A DNA stretch of 48,997 bases from Thermoplasmatota archaeon (GCA_041550515.1 JBFEOQ010000001.1:1-48997); one strand, 5' to 3'. Positions 19,739 to 30,717 are shown, counted from the stretch's first letter. Notes: generated by a model from the sequence alone, not told the origin. A program made the numbers and translations.

Positions 19739-20926
19739 ATGAACGACAAAAACAGTATACTTACCACTGTAAGTATTTATCATGCACTTAACGATGGTGC
19801 TATATCAGTAGTACCTTTACTTTTCCCAATTTTTAAAGATATTTATAATTTAAATTACACTCAAATAGGTTTGATAACAAGTTTAAGTCTTTTTATTCAT
19901 TTAATTGCGCAATTATATATTGGACAAATTTCGGATGGTAAAAACTTTAGAACATTACTATCATTTGGAATTCTTTTAGTTAGTATATCTCTTTTAGTCT
20001 TAATAGAAACAAAGGACTTTTTAACACTTCTATTATTTTTAATCTTTTTAAGAATTACAGTTAGTTTTTTTCATCCAATTGGAGTTGGGTGGGTTTCAAG
20101 AATTTTTAAAAACGAAAGGTTAGATTGGGCTATGGGTATTCAAAGTGGTTCTGCTGACCTTGGGGCTTTTGTCGCTTTATTAACAACTTTATATTTAACA
20201 GAAATAAAAGGTTGGCATTTTCCCTTATATATCTGGTCTTTTTTTGCAGCTCTTGTTGTAATTATTGGAATATTTATCACAAGAAATGTTGATAAAAACC
20301 TTTTAACTGTTAAGAAAATATATAAAAAACAAGGATTCTCAGAAAAAATTCAAGATAGTATTTTACTTTTAAAAAAGATTAAATTGTTAATTCCTGCTTT
20401 TGCATTAAGTGGTTCTGCCTGGGGAATAATTGTTACTTATCTACCTTTATTTTTAGATGAAAAAACAACCCTATCTTTGCAGTATATAGGTTTTATCGCT
20501 GCAGTATGGATAGGTATTGGTTGCATTACTTCATTTATATATCATAGGATTAAATCGTTTATCGGAAGAAAAAATGTAATAATTATGTCTTACATAATAA
20601 TTGGAGTTACTTGTCTAATTTTATCTATCACCATAAATGTTTTCATAATTTTATTGATAATGGTATTACTTGGATTTTCAGTATTTTTAACCTATCCTGC
20701 TTTATCATCATTTGTATCTGAAGTAACTGATGAATCATCTGAAGGCAATACTTTTGGTATAGTTTTTACACTACAGCTTGGAGGCGGTACAATACTTTTA
20801 TTCCTAGGGGGTTTTTTATCTGATATTTATGGTATCTGGATGCCTTTTGTTATTCTTGGTGTTCCCTCATTGTTATTTTCAATCATACTTATGATTTATC
20901 ATAAAAACCAGTTTGCAATACGATAG
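19739..20926 (+). CDS. MFS transporter
   Basis: About 12 hydrophobic helices; HALND, GQISDG, FFHP, GGFLSDIYG. Confidence 0.88.
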   Translation: MNDKNSILTTVSIYHALNDGAISVVPLLFPIFKDIYNLNYTQIGLITSLSLFIHLIAQLYIGQISDGKNFRTLLSFGILLVSISLLVLIETKDFLTLLLFLIFLRITVSFFHPIGVGWVSRIFKNERLDWAMGIQSGSADLGAFVALLTTLYLTEIKGWHFPLYIWSFFAALVVIIGIFITRNVDKNLLTVKKIYKKQGFSEKIQDSILLLKKIKLLIPAFALSGSAWGIIVTYLPLFLDEKTTLSLQYIGFIAAVWIGIGCITSFIYHRIKSFIGRKNVIIMSYIIIGVTCLILSITINVFIILLIMVLLGFSVFLTYPALSSFVSEVTDESSEGNTFGIVFTLQLGGGTILLFLGGFLSDIYGIWMPFVILGVPSLLFSIILMIYHKNQFAIR

Positions 20927-20958
20927 ATTTAAAGAAGAAAAATCTATTTCAATATCCC

Positions 20959-21867
20959 ATGAAACGTAATCTAATCTCAATGCTTGATGTAAAAGATAAT
21001 CTTGAAAATATTATTGATCTGGGAATTAAACTAAAAAAGAAATCAAAAAACGGTGAAAATATTGAGCTTCTAAAAGGAAAAACTCTTGGTATGATTTTTG
21101 AAAAAAGTAGTACTAGAACTCGAGTTTCTTTTGAAACAGGTATGATGAAACTTGGCGGTCATGCAATATTTCTCGGAAAATCTGATATTCAGCTTGGTCG
21201 AGGTGAGACAATAGAGGATACTGCTCTTGTATTATCGCGTTACGTAGATATTATTATGTTTCGTGCAATGAAAAACGATGATATAAAAGAACTTGCAAAA
21301 CATTCAACTGTTCCTGTTATTTCAGGTTTGGATGATAAAGAACATCCTTGTCAAGTTATCGCTGATCTTATGACGATTAAGGAATATAAGAAAAAACTAA
21401 GGGATCTGAAACTTGTTTATCTCGGCGATGGTGCAAATAATATGTCGCATTCATATCTTTTAGGTTGTGGTATTGCAGGTATAAATATTAAAATCGTTAC
21501 TCCTAAGAAATATTGGCCAGAAAAAAAATATATTGATGAAGCAAAAAAATTTGGCGTTAGAGTTGAAATAACTGATATAATAGAAAATGCAACAAAAGAT
21601 GCAGATGTTATTTCTACTGATACTTGGGTTTCTATGGGTGATGAATCTCAAAAAGAAATAAGAATTAAAGATTTTAAAGGTTATACTGTTGATAAAAAAC
21701 TTATGAGTGTTGCAAAATCTAATGCGATATTTTTACATTGCTTACCTGCATATTATGGTTATGAGGTTACAAAAGAAGTTGCTCATGGACCCCAAAGTGT
21801 TATTTTTGATGAAGCAGAGAACCGAATGTGGGCACAAATAGCAATAATGGTAACACTATGTAAATAA
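20959..21867 (+). CDS. argF: Ornithine carbamoyltransferase
   Basis: SSTRT, HPCQ, SMG, HCLP, DEAENR. Confidence 0.94.
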   Translation: MKRNLISMLDVKDNLENIIDLGIKLKKKSKNGENIELLKGKTLGMIFEKSSTRTRVSFETGMMKLGGHAIFLGKSDIQLGRGETIEDTALVLSRYVDIIMFRAMKNDDIKELAKHSTVPVISGLDDKEHPCQVIADLMTIKEYKKKLRDLKLVYLGDGANNMSHSYLLGCGIAGINIKIVTPKKYWPEKKYIDEAKKFGVRVEITDIIENATKDADVISTDTWVSMGDESQKEIRIKDFKGYTVDKKLMSVAKSNAIFLHCLPAYYGYEVTKEVAHGPQSVIFDEAENRMWAQIAIMVTLCK

Positions 21868-21883
21868 AATCTTTTAATATATT

Positions 21884-22951
21884 TTAGGTTAAAACTTCAT
21901 GTAATAAATTTTTCTTAACAGCATATTTAATTTCTTGGGCAATCCTCCTTCCAGTTGATAAATCAGGTTGAATCATTTCAGAATAAGGGGAACCTGCAAC
22001 ATAAGGATTGGTACCTGCTACAATCCGAGCTGATATTTCAAAAACTTTGAATTCTAAATCTTCAGTAATAACTGTTTCAAGACAAAATGAACCAATTATT
22101 CCTCCAAATAGATTTAAAGATTTTTCAACAACTGATTCACCCATTTTAAAAACTTTTGGAAGCAAAGATTCTCTCATAACTATCGGAATATTACCAGTTA
22201 CAACAAAAGTTGGATGAATACCTAGTTCCTCAAGCTCAGCAATACTGCCCAACCTTTGAACTTCATCAATAGTAGTTTCATCACGACGATCCATAGAAAG
22301 CAACTGTAAACTACCTATACTCAATTTATATGCATTATTTTGTATAGGTGAATAAAAATAATGAAGATAATATCTAGTACCCATTACAAACTCTTGGATA
22401 ATAAACGATTTATTTTTCTGAATTCGTTTCTGAAACTCATCAAAAGTTTTTGCAATAAAAAAACCTTTACCTCCCTTTGCACCATGATATTTAACAATAA
22501 CAGGTTTATTAATATCTTTGGGATTTTTTATCTCCTGTGGCATAGTTAAACCTGCACCCTCTAGCCATTTACGTTCCATTTTTCTATCTGATTCCCACAT
22601 CAAAACATTACGATTCCCAAATGTTGGAAGATTTAATTTATTAAACTTATCAGCACCTAAATATTCAACAAAGGAACCATGTGGTATAACTATGACATTT
22701 TTTTCACATAATTCATCTGTTAATTTTAAGATATCTTTATAATTATCAACAATCAAAAACTCATCAGGTTTACCCAAAGGAAATGCATCATAATATTTTC
22801 TTTTCTCACCTACAGAAATTCCAAGAGTTTTAAAACCTTCTTTTCTTGCTCCATTAAAAATCTGAAGGGAAGAATGACTACAAACAGTACATATCGTAAG
22901 ATTTTTTTTATCATAAGATGTAAGTATGTCGTTTATATTTTTTTGAATCAT
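21884..22951 (-). CDS. purP: FAICAR synthetase (formate-dependent, ATP-grasp)
   Basis: SHSSLQI, PHGSFVEY, GAKGGKG, RESLL, FEISARIVAGTN. Confidence 0.93.
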   Translation of the reverse strand: MIQKNINDILTSYDKKNLTICTVCSHSSLQIFNGARKEGFKTLGISVGEKRKYYDAFPLGKPDEFLIVDNYKDILKLTDELCEKNVIVIPHGSFVEYLGADKFNKLNLPTFGNRNVLMWESDRKMERKWLEGAGLTMPQEIKNPKDINKPVIVKYHGAKGGKGFFIAKTFDEFQKRIQKNKSFIIQEFVMGTRYYLHYFYSPIQNNAYKLSIGSLQLLSMDRRDETTIDEVQRLGSIAELEELGIHPTFVVTGNIPIVMRESLLPKVFKMGESVVEKSLNLFGGIIGSFCLETVITEDLEFKVFEISARIVAGTNPYVAGSPYSEMIQPDLSTGRRIAQEIKYAVKKNLLHEVLT

Positions 22952-23119
22952 GAAGTCGACACCCTTACAGTCAGCTAATAGAATGTTTATTTTTAATGAT
23001 TTCTATCATTAATGATATTCAAAGAATAATTTATAATAACATAAATTTTTAAATAGTATACAGGATTACCATCAAATAAACTAATATTCAATTCTTAGAT
23101 CAAAGGAGGTATTAATTTT

Positions 23120-23554
23120 ATGGCAAAAGGACTTCCAAAATCATTTAAAAAGTCACTCTGGGTTTATCATTGTAACAGTGGAAGCTGTAATGGTTGCGAT
23201 ATAGAAATAATAGCGGCTTTATGTCCTAGATATGATGTCGAACGTTTTGGAATAAAACTTGTAGGTACTCCTCGTCATGCAGACGTATTATTAATTACAG
23301 GACCAGTAACTCGAAACCAGGTAGAAAGAGTAAAACGAGTTTATAAACAAATGCCTGATCCAAAAGCTGTGCTAGCAATTGGTAACTGTGGAAATACTGG
23401 AGATGTATTCTATGAATCATATAACTTAGTTGGACCAATACAAGATGTTCTCCCTGTTGATATCCATGTTATTGGTTGTCCACCAAGACCTGAAAACATA
23501 ATTCATGCTGTAGCAAAAGCTTGGACTAAACTTGAAACATTGGAGGGTAAATAA
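23120..23554 (+). CDS. Group 4 [NiFe]-hydrogenase small subunit (MbhJ/EchC/NuoB-like)
   Basis: SCNGCDIE, PRHADVL, GNC, GCPPRP; GGAGG SD. Confidence 0.9.
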   Translation: MAKGLPKSFKKSLWVYHCNSGSCNGCDIEIIAALCPRYDVERFGIKLVGTPRHADVLLITGPVTRNQVERVKRVYKQMPDPKAVLAIGNCGNTGDVFYESYNLVGPIQDVLPVDIHVIGCPPRPENIIHAVAKAWTKLETLEGK

Positions 23555-23556
23555 AA

Positions 23557-24153
23557 ATGACTGATAATAAAACCAAGAAAAAACCAGTAAAAAAAACTGA
23601 AGAAAAACCAAATGATCAACTAAGTCCAGAAGAAGTTGTAAATTATTTTAAAGATAAGTTTAATACGAAGATAAAATCTGCTGAAATTAAAAAACGTGCG
23701 ACTGGTTCAAAAAAGAAAGAATTCGTAAACATATGGATTAAAATTGATAGAAGTATTTTTAAAAATTTCGTTGAACATCTATGTAATCTTACTTATCCTC
23801 ATTTGGCTGTTTGCTCTGGAAATGATCTTGGTAATCAAATTGAGCTTGTATACAGTTTTTCAATATACTACGGTAGATATCTACAAGAAATATCTTTAAA
23901 TCTCTGTGTTGAAGTTCCAAAGAGTAAACCAGAAATTGAAACTATTTGTGATTGGATTCCTGGTGCACTTATAACAGAACGTGAAAAACAAGAAATGTTA
24001 GGTGTTAAAATAATTGGTATTCCTGATAACCGTCGACTTTTCTTACCAGATGACATTCCAGAAAATGTTTATCCGTGGCGTAAAGATGAGCAAACAAAAA
24101 AAGAAATTGAAAAACTTTATAAAAATCTTCATGAGGGGGAAAAGAAAAAATGA
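23557..24153 (+). CDS. Hydrogenase NuoC-like subunit (MbhK/EchD-like)
   Basis: SGNDLG, ELVYSF, EREKQEMLG, YPWRKD. Confidence 0.88.
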   Translation: MTDNKTKKKPVKKTEEKPNDQLSPEEVVNYFKDKFNTKIKSAEIKKRATGSKKKEFVNIWIKIDRSIFKNFVEHLCNLTYPHLAVCSGNDLGNQIELVYSFSIYYGRYLQEISLNLCVEVPKSKPEIETICDWIPGALITEREKQEMLGVKIIGIPDNRRLFLPDDIPENVYPWRKDEQTKKEIEKLYKNLHEGEKKK

Positions 24154-25379
24154 GTCCAATTACAAAAACAACATATCAATTACCAATAGGTCCAATTCAT
24201 CCAGCTTTAAAAGAACCTGTGATGTTTAAATTTGATATAGATGGTGAAAAAATTGTTGATGTAGATGTAGAACTAGGACATGTCCATAGAGCTATTGAAT
24301 GGACAGGCATGCGCCGAAACCCGATTCAAATTATTTATCTTGCAGAGCGTATATGCGGAATTTGTTCATTTGTACATCCAATGGCATATTGCCGTGCAGT
24401 TGAAAATGCTTGTGATATTCAGGTACCTGAACGAGCTGATTATCTTCGTGTTGTTCATGGTGAAATAGAACGTATAGCATCTCACCTTCTCTGGGCTGGA
24501 GTTGCTGCACATGAAATAGGTTTTGATACTGTACTTTTTTTAACATGGGAGATGCGTGAGAAAGTACTTGATTTAATTGAATATTTAACTGGTAATCGTG
24601 TCACAAAAGCTATTCTAACAATAGGTGGTGTACGACGTGATATTAAACCTGAACATATTCCTAAAATAAATGAAGCCTTAAAATATTTCAAAGAAAATTA
24701 TAATAAACTCAGTCGTATTTTTTTAGATGACAAAACATTTAAAATGAGAAGTCAAGGATGTGGAATTTTAACTTATGAAGATGCTTTAAGACTTTGTGCT
24801 GTTGGACCAACTACTCGTGCTAGTGGAGTTAAAAAAGATGTAAGAATCGATCAACCTTACGCTGCATATAGCGATTTAGATATAGATTATATGACCCCCG
24901 ATAAGCTAACTGGAGAAGTAAACGGTGATGTATATGATAGAATTATCGTACGTTTACTCGAAGTAAAACAATCAATAGAAATTCTAGAAAAAGCAATTGA
25001 CCAGATGCCTACAGGTGATATTGTATCTGAACCAAAAATCCCAAAACTTCTAAATTATATTAAAAAAACAGCTGGCGAAGGAATTGGCCGGGATGAAGCT
25101 CCTCGTGGAGAAGTAATACATTATATTAAATTTGATGGTCAAAATGAAGAACCTTATACTTGGAAGGTCCGTGCTTCCACTTATAATAATATTTTACCAT
25201 GGATTCCTATGCTAATAGGTCAACAAATAGCAGATATACCAATTGTTGCAGCAAGTACTGATCCATGTATGAGCTGTACAAATAGAGTTACTATAATTAA
25301 TAAAAATAAAAAATATATTCTTGACAAAGAACAACTGCATAAACTAAGTATTGAAAAAACTAGGAGGTTGAGCATTTAA
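24150..25379 (+). CDS. Group 4 [NiFe]-hydrogenase large subunit (MbhL/EchE-like)
   Basis: GPIHPAL, L1 ERICGICS, EAPRGE, L2 DPCMSCTNR followed by a C-terminal extension of about 30 aa. Confidence 0.92.
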   Translation: MSPITKTTYQLPIGPIHPALKEPVMFKFDIDGEKIVDVDVELGHVHRAIEWTGMRRNPIQIIYLAERICGICSFVHPMAYCRAVENACDIQVPERADYLRVVHGEIERIASHLLWAGVAAHEIGFDTVLFLTWEMREKVLDLIEYLTGNRVTKAILTIGGVRRDIKPEHIPKINEALKYFKENYNKLSRIFLDDKTFKMRSQGCGILTYEDALRLCAVGPTTRASGVKKDVRIDQPYAAYSDLDIDYMTPDKLTGEVNGDVYDRIIVRLLEVKQSIEILEKAIDQMPTGDIVSEPKIPKLLNYIKKTAGEGIGRDEAPRGEVIHYIKFDGQNEEPYTWKVRASTYNNILPWIPMLIGQQIADIPIVAASTDPCMSCTNRVTIINKNKKYILDKEQLHKLSIEKTRRLSI

Positions 25380-25780
25380 TGCGATTTAGCATGTTAGGTC
25401 CTGTTTTCAAACAAATGTTTAAAAAACCTTGGACAAACAAATTTCCAGCAAAGTATCAACCTGATAATGCAACAAAGTATTTAGCAGAGGTTGCTGCTGG
25501 AAATATAAAAATTAATCCACCTATTCCAACCCCCGATGGTTTTCGCGGAAAAATACAATATGATAAGGAAAAATGTATAGGTTGTAAACTATGCATCAAA
25601 GTATGTCCATGTAACGCGATAGAATATAAAGAAGATGATAAAAAAATTAAAATCTATCTTGGACGTTGTTGTTTTTGCAGCCAGTGCAATGACATCTGCC
25701 CTGTAAAATGCTTAGGTATGAGCGATGATTTTTTACTATCAGATTCAAATCCATATTCAAATGACTTAATTGTTGAATAA
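25379..25780 (+). CDS. 2x[4Fe-4S] NuoI-like subunit (MbhN/EchF-like)
   Basis: GFRGK, CIGCKLCIKVCP, CCFCSQCNDICP. Confidence 0.9.
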   Translation: MRFSMLGPVFKQMFKKPWTNKFPAKYQPDNATKYLAEVAAGNIKINPPIPTPDGFRGKIQYDKEKCIGCKLCIKVCPCNAIEYKEDDKKIKIYLGRCCFCSQCNDICPVKCLGMSDDFLLSDSNPYSNDLIVE

Positions 25781-25782
25781 AA

Positions 25783-27972
25783 ATGAAGCTTATATTCAAA
25801 GGAATAGTTCAAGGAGTAGGTTTTAGACCAACAATTTTTCGTATAGCTCAAACAATGGATTTAAAAGGCTATGTATTAAACAAAGGTTCTGAAGTAGAAG
25901 TAGTAATAGATAGAAAAGAAGAAGAATTTATCAAAGAAGTATATAAACAATTACCAACCATTGCCAAAATTTCAGAAATTAAAAAAATAGTTTATAAACG
26001 AAATTTTAAAGATTTTAAAATTTTACATAGTAAAAAAGGTTCTCGTCATTCACAGATTCCTGCAGATGTTGGAACTTGTGAAAGCTGTCTTAGGGAGCTT
26101 TTTGATAAAAAAAACAAAAGATATAACTTCCCTTTTACAAATTGTACAATCTGCGGTGCACGTTACAGTTTAATTATAGATATTCCTTATGATAGAGAAC
26201 GCACCTCAATGAATGAATTTAAATTATGTAAAAGCTGTTTAGAAGAATACAGAGATCCATTAGACAAAAGATATCATGCACAAACTATTTCTTGCCCGCA
26301 ATGTGGACCAATTTATCATTTATATGATAAAAAAAAGAAAGACCTTGGTGTTAATAATGCAATTAAACGTTTTTCAGAAAAACTTGATCAAGGAAAAATT
26401 GGGGTTATAAAATCATGGGGTGGTATGCACCTATGTTGCAATTTAAATGAAATTCCTCGTTTTCGAAATTGGTATAATCGTCCTCAGAAAGCATTTGCAT
26501 TGATGGTAAAAAATCTTAAAATTGCAGGGAAATATGCAGAAATTACAAAAGATGAAAAAAATCTTTTAATATCTAATGCTCGCCCTATTGTTCTTGTAAA
26601 AAAGAAAAAACAGGAAAATGTATCCCCTGGTCTTGATACTATTGGTTTATTTTTACCTTATACTGGTCTCCATCATCTACTTTTTAGTTTTTTAAAATCA
26701 GATGCATTAGTTATGACTTCTGCAAATATACCCGGAGAAGCTATGATTACAAGTGACAAAGAAGCTTTTTCAATTAATGCTGATTGTTATCTACTTCACA
26801 ATCGTGTTATACCTAATCGTATTGATGATTCAGTAATACGTATTTGGAATAATAAACGTTTTTTCCTACGTAAATCACGAGGTTTTGTTCCCGATCCAAT
26901 ACCAGTTAATTATGATTCACATATTTTAAGTGTCGGAGCGGGTGAAAACATTTGTGGTGCTTTTTCTTCTGATAAAAATATTTTTTCTACACAATATATA
27001 GGTAATTCTAAGTATTATTCAACAATTGTTTTTCTTCAAGAAGCTTTAAATCATCTTATGAATATTACAATGAAAAAACCTGGTATCGATGCTGTCGTTA
27101 TGGATTTACATCCAAAATATGAAACAAGATATATTGCTAAAAAATATGCAGATTATTATAATGTTCCTTTGTTTGAAGTGCAACATCACTGGGCTCATGC
27201 TGCAAGTCTATTAATTGATAATAATTTAGATGAAGCTGTTGTTTTAACTCTAGATGGTCTTGGATATGGTACAGATGGTGATTTCTGGGGTGGAGAAGTA
27301 CTATATTCTAATTTTGAAAGATTTAAACGAATTGGGCATCTTCAAAAAATTCCTTTACTTGGTGGTGATGCAGCAACCCTTGATCCACGTAGACTTGTTT
27401 ATTCAGTTTTTAAAAATTTTGGTAAAGAAATTTTTTTCAAAGATAAAGAAGCCGCAATCCTTTCTAAACTTATGGATAACTCCCCGTTTTCTACTAGTAT
27501 GGGACGTATACTTGATGCTTTGTCATCTTATTTAGGAATTTGCTATGATAGAAGTTATGATGGTGAGCCTGCGATGAAATTAGAAAAATATTTAGCATCA
27601 GGTAAACTCAGGTATTCTTTTGATGTTGATGTTAAAGATAATATTATTGGAACTATTGATGTTTTTCGTCAACTTGATGAAAAAATAAAAAAACCTTTAT
27701 CCAACAGAGAAAAAGCGGATTATGCTTATTCTTTTGTTAAAAATATTACAGATGAATTAACAAATCTTGCAATTTATTATGCTAATGACAAAGGTGTTAA
27801 AAATATTGGTATTTCTGGAGGGGTTTCTTATAATATTCCAATTACAGAGATAATTTCAGAAAAAGTTAAAAAAACAGGTCTTAAGCTTGTTGTCCATAAT
27901 AATATTCCAAATGGTGATGGTGGTATTGCAATTGGTCAAAATACTATTATTGGAAATAAATTAATAAAATAG
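25783..27972 (+). CDS. hypF: Carbamoyltransferase HypF
   Basis: GIVQGVGFRP, zinc-finger Cys pairs, QHHWAH, DGLGYG, NGDGGIAIGQ. Confidence 0.95.
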   Translation: MKLIFKGIVQGVGFRPTIFRIAQTMDLKGYVLNKGSEVEVVIDRKEEEFIKEVYKQLPTIAKISEIKKIVYKRNFKDFKILHSKKGSRHSQIPADVGTCESCLRELFDKKNKRYNFPFTNCTICGARYSLIIDIPYDRERTSMNEFKLCKSCLEEYRDPLDKRYHAQTISCPQCGPIYHLYDKKKKDLGVNNAIKRFSEKLDQGKIGVIKSWGGMHLCCNLNEIPRFRNWYNRPQKAFALMVKNLKIAGKYAEITKDEKNLLISNARPIVLVKKKKQENVSPGLDTIGLFLPYTGLHHLLFSFLKSDALVMTSANIPGEAMITSDKEAFSINADCYLLHNRVIPNRIDDSVIRIWNNKRFFLRKSRGFVPDPIPVNYDSHILSVGAGENICGAFSSDKNIFSTQYIGNSKYYSTIVFLQEALNHLMNITMKKPGIDAVVMDLHPKYETRYIAKKYADYYNVPLFEVQHHWAHAASLLIDNNLDEAVVLTLDGLGYGTDGDFWGGEVLYSNFERFKRIGHLQKIPLLGGDAATLDPRRLVYSVFKNFGKEIFFKDKEAAILSKLMDNSPFSTSMGRILDALSSYLGICYDRSYDGEPAMKLEKYLASGKLRYSFDVDVKDNIIGTIDVFRQLDEKIKKPLSNREKADYAYSFVKNITDELTNLAIYYANDKGVKNIGISGGVSYNIPITEIISEKVKKTGLKLVVHNNIPNGDGGIAIGQNTIIGNKLIK

Positions 27973-28006
27973 TTATTATTTACTACGTTCTTATCTGTTG
28001 ATAGTT

Positions 28007-28252
28007 ATGGGAAAATACAAGGATATAGCTGTAATATTATTCATTGTAATAATTGGTATTTTTATACCTTTTATAGGTTCAATAATAATATCATTTGGTA
28101 TTGATTTTACAGAATTAAATAATTGTTTGAAAATTGGTGTAGCATTTGGATATTTTTTACTTATATTTGCAGTGGAGTTACTTGCTGTTTACATTTATTT
28201 TATATTAACAAATAAACTTGCTGAAAAAAAAATGGGTAAATATAAACCATAA
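28007..28252 (+). CDS. Small two-TM hypothetical membrane protein
   Basis: Two hydrophobic stretches. ATG 28007 preferred over TTG 27998. Confidence 0.6.
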   Translation: MGKYKDIAVILFIVIIGIFIPFIGSIIISFGIDFTELNNCLKIGVAFGYFLLIFAVELLAVYIYFILTNKLAEKKMGKYKP

Positions 28253-28283
28253 TAAAATATTTCTAAATGGTGATGAGGATTTT

Positions 28284-29114
28284 TTATTTATTATTTTTAT
28301 AGAGTTTTGTAGCTTTATCTGCAGATGTTGTTATCCCTTTTATCATAGCTGAGCTAAAACCTTTATGTTCCATTTCATTAAGACCTGCAATGGTACATCC
28401 CTCGGGTGTTGTAACCTTATCAATTTCCATCTCTGGATGATTATCTATATTTAGAATTAATGAAGCTGCTCCTTTAGCTGTTTGTGCAGCCATTGGTATA
28501 GCCTCATATGAGTGAAAGCCTATTTCTATTCCTCCTTGTGACGCGGATCTTATAGCCCTTAAAAAAAATGCTATTCCACATGCACCTAGTGCTGTTGCTG
28601 GTATCATCTGTTCTTCTGATATAATAAAGGTTTTACCTATGTGATTAAAGATTTTTTTTACATATTCAATTGTTTCTCTTGATGCTGTATCTGATGCTAT
28701 GCATGTCATTGATTCTCTGATTGCAGATGCAATATTTGGCATTACACGTACTACTTGTATTTGTTTTTTTATAAGTCTTAATATTTCGTTTGTAGTTACA
28801 CCTGATATAATAGATATTATTATATGCTTTTTTGGGTTTAATTTAGAGTTTATTTCTTGAAGTAGTTCTTTGGCTTGTTGAGGAGGTACTGCAATTATTA
28901 TAATTTTTGATTTTTTTACTGCTTCACAATTATTTTTTAGGACTACACACCCTTTTTTTTCAAAGCTTATTAAAAGTTTTGTTTTTCTTCTGGTTAGTGT
29001 TATTTGTTCTGGTTTTATCATAGAGGAAAGTATAAATCCTTTTGCAATTGCACTTCCAATGTTTCCACTACCAATTATTGCAATGTTTTCATTTATTATC
29101 TCCAAATAATCCAC
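28284..29114 (-). CDS. proC: Pyrroline-5-carboxylate reductase
   Basis: IIGSGNIG, RVMPN, VTTPEGCTIAGL. Confidence 0.93.
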   Translation of the reverse strand: MDYLEIINENIAIIGSGNIGSAIAKGFILSSMIKPEQITLTRRKTKLLISFEKKGCVVLKNNCEAVKKSKIIIIAVPPQQAKELLQEINSKLNPKKHIIISIISGVTTNEILRLIKKQIQVVRVMPNIASAIRESMTCIASDTASRETIEYVKKIFNHIGKTFIISEEQMIPATALGACGIAFFLRAIRSASQGGIEIGFHSYEAIPMAAQTAKGAASLILNIDNHPEMEIDKVTTPEGCTIAGLNEMEHKGFSSAMIKGITTSADKATKLYKNNK

Positions 29115-29187
29115 CTTTGATTAGTAAATATTAAAATCTTATAACATATGGTTAGTATATAAAAAATGTTATTTCTTTGTAAAATTT

Positions 29188-29862
29188 TTATGTTAATCTA
29201 TTTTTTACTTTTTCACTTTTTAATTCTTTTAATGCATTTTTCGCAATCCATATTGCAGTTTTATTTTTGGCTTTTATAAGCTCTTCTGCTGTTTTAATCG
29301 CTTTTTTATTTAGACTTATATTTCTTTTTCCAATATTTCGTAGTGCCCAATTTACAGCTTTTTTAACATAATTTCTTTCATCATTTGCATGCTTTGTAAT
29401 TACTAACATAAACTTTTCAAATTTTTCATCACAAGTTTTTTTATCATGTACTGAAAGCCCGGCAACCAAGGAAAAAGCAGCTCTTTTTACAAACTCTTCT
29501 TCTCTTTCGCTCCATTCATATGCTTTTTCCCATGCATGAGAAGTTTTATCAAAAAGACTTGTACAAACTTGATCACAAACATCCCATGAATCAAAATCCT
29601 TAGCCCAAGAATTCATTTGTTTTTTTGTAACTTTTTTAGGGTCATCAATAAAGCAGGCTAAAAGTCTCGCGTCATGAATACCAGAATTCCAAAGTTTTAG
29701 AGCAAGATCATGATTTAAACCAATTTTTTTTGCAATAGGTCTTAAAATATATATAGAAACGCCAAGGTTATTATTTGGATTAATACCATAACGTGCCATC
29801 CCCTCAACATTTTTAGGATTTTCAAGTGATTTTAATTTTTTAATTATTTCTTCAAACTCCAT
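29188..29862 (-). CDS. DNA alkylation repair protein (AlkD-like HEAT repeat)
   Basis: GMARYGI, DSWDVCD, EEFVKRA, DERNYVKKAVNWALR. Confidence 0.88.
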   Translation of the reverse strand: MEFEEIIKKLKSLENPKNVEGMARYGINPNNNLGVSIYILRPIAKKIGLNHDLALKLWNSGIHDARLLACFIDDPKKVTKKQMNSWAKDFDSWDVCDQVCTSLFDKTSHAWEKAYEWSEREEEFVKRAAFSLVAGLSVHDKKTCDEKFEKFMLVITKHANDERNYVKKAVNWALRNIGKRNISLNKKAIKTAEELIKAKNKTAIWIAKNALKELKSEKVKNRLT

Positions 29863-29931
29863 AATAAAACTAAATATAAAATTTTTATAAAAAACTAAAG
29901 GTTTTAAAGAAAAGATTTATCCTTATCTAAA

Positions 29932-30717
29932 ATGATAGATTTAGTTTATCAGATAATTCTTCCTTTTGTTTTATCAGCATTAATTGTTATCTTGATAACA
30001 ATTGTTGCAGAAAAATATGGTACAAAAATCGGGGGAATAATCGGTACTCTTCCAACAACAATAATCATTGCATATATTTTTATTGCATTGAATAAAGGTA
30101 TAATATTCGCTTCCAACTCAGTTGCTGTAGTTCCCGCTGAGATGGGTGTTAATATTGTGTTTGTTTGTCTATTTGCAGTCCTTTCATATAGATCAACTAT
30201 AAATGCATTTTTTAGTTCATTTTTTGTTTGGTTAATTCTTTCAACTATTCTTTACCTAGTAAATTTACAGAATATCTATCTTTCTATAATTGTATTTACA
30301 ACTTCTATGATTTCTATGTTTATTATACTCGAAAAAAAATTTAAGATAAAATCTCAGGGTAAAAGAACTATACATTATTCACCTCAAAAAATTTTATTAC
30401 GTGGAATTTTAACAGGAATAATTATTGCAATATCTGTTTTATTATCTAATATCAACGAAGTTCTAAGCGGAATTTTCACAGTTTTTCCAGCTATTTTTTC
30501 TTCTACTATGCTAATCACATTAAAAGAACATGGTCCTAATTTCTCAGCAGGTATAGCAAAATCAATGATTTTTGGTAGTCCTAGTGTTATGAGCTATGCC
30601 GTAAGTATTCATTTCCTATATCCTACTTATGGTATTTCTTTTGGTAGTATCTTTTCATTTATAATTTCTGTAGTTATAACCTTAATAATTTTTAAATTAA
30701 GGAAAAAAATTAGTTAA
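29932..30717 (+). CDS. Multi-pass membrane protein (DUF3147-like)
   Basis: AEKYGTKIGGIIGTLPTT with an internal echo SGIFTVFP; many TM helices. Confidence 0.7.
   Translation: MIDLVYQIILPFVLSALIVILITIVAEKYGTKIGGIIGTLPTTIIIAYIFIALNKGIIFASNSVAVVPAEMGVNIVFVCLFAVLSYRSTINAFFSSFFVWLILSTILYLVNLQNIYLSIIVFTTSMISMFIILEKKFKIKSQGKRTIHYSPQKILLRGILTGIIIAISVLLSNINEVLSGIFTVFPAIFSSTMLITLKEHGPNFSAGIAKSMIFGSPSVMSYAVSIHFLYPTYGISFGSIFSFIISVVITLIIFKLRKKIS

Noticed and set aside
25260-25280. Selenocysteine in the hydrogenase L2 motif
   Set aside because: The codons are TGT (DPCMSC), so this is an ordinary [NiFe] site.
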